Source: Octopus sinensis (taxonomy: Eukaryota). From it: a stretch of DNA of 64,000 nucleotides. The stretch lies in the NCBI RefSeq assembly GCF_006345805.1, contig NC_042999.1, forward strand, positions 1,922,001 through 1,986,000, given 5' to 3'. The stretch's first letter is position 1, and every line of letters starts with the position of its first letter. Positions 63,298-64,000 of this stretch are shown here, in pieces. Made by a program: the position numbers and the translations under genes. The notes beneath the pieces were generated by a model, which was given only the letters and a program-made list of their open reading frames with translations, was not told the origin of the DNA and made no database searches.

Positions 63298-64000
63298 CAT
63301 GCATGCATGCATGTCTGTCTGTATGTATGTATGTATGTATGTATGCATGTATGTATATATGTATGTATGTATGTATGTTATGTATGTATGCATGCATTCA
63401 TGTCTGTATGTATGTATGTATGTATGTATGTATGTATGCATGTATGTAATGCATGCATGTATGTATTATGTATGTATATGTATGTATGTATGTATGTATG
63501 ATGCATGCAGCATGCATGCATGTATGCATGTATGTATGTATGTATGTATGTATGTATGTATGTATGCATGCATGCATGCATGCATTATGTATGTATGTAT
63601 GTATGTATGTATGCATGCATGCATGCATGTCTGTATGTATGTATTTGTATGTATGTATGTATGTATGTATGCATGCATGCATGCATGCATGCATGCAGCC
63701 ATGTATGTATGTATGTATGTATGTATGTATGTATGTGTGTATGTATGTATGCATGCATGCATGTCTGTATGTATGTATGTATGTATGTATGTATGTATGT
63801 ATGTATGCATGTATGTATGCATGCATGTATGTATGTATGTATGTATGTATGTATGTATGTATGCATGCATGCATGTCTGTATGTATGTATGTATGTATGC
63901 ATGCATGTATGCATGCATGCATGCATGCATGCATGTATGTATGTATGTATGTATGTATGTATGTAGGCATGCATGCATGCATGCATGCATGCATGTATGT
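61535..64000. repeat. Tetranucleotide array (TATG/CATG/TCTG), over 2.4 kb, running off the window end
   Basis: Directly visible; source of all ORFs after 61440. Confidence 0.98.

Noticed and set aside
61048-63994. Many long ORFs (up to 554 aa) rich in H/T/Y/I or M/Y/V/C
   Set aside because: They are translations of (CA)n and (TATG)n microsatellites; the same applies at 27815-28368 and 41685-42255.

Overview
AT-rich, repeat-saturated animal genomic DNA. The SINE families and the microsatellite load point to an octopus (coleoid cephalopod); this is inferred from repeat recognition, not from a database search. Only one clearly complete gene is present: an intronless, divergent tetraspanin (+, 12619-13296) with CCA in place of the canonical CCG motif. 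It appears to lie antisense inside an intron of a large, unidentified minus-strand multi-exon gene (best exon 18045-18263). The rest is mostly mobile DNA: four or five tRNA-derived SINE-like families, RTE, CR1/L2 and mariner fossils, MITEs of several superfamilies (Tc2/pogo, piggyBac, hAT, Merlin-like, Helentron-like) and long microsatellites. Almost all short ORFs in the supplied track are repeat artefacts. The most interesting signal is a set of minimal type-I hammerhead ribozyme motifs (CUGAnGA...GAAA...NUH) from at least five unrelated sequence families, several in inverted-duplicated units typical of Penelope-like retroelements. One family joins a tRNA-derived Pol III head to a hammerhead-bearing tail and inserts with TSDs and a 5' inverted tail. 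It looks like a SINE/retrozyme hybrid mobilised by Penelope-type machinery. All structures were read by eye; SINE boundaries are approximate.
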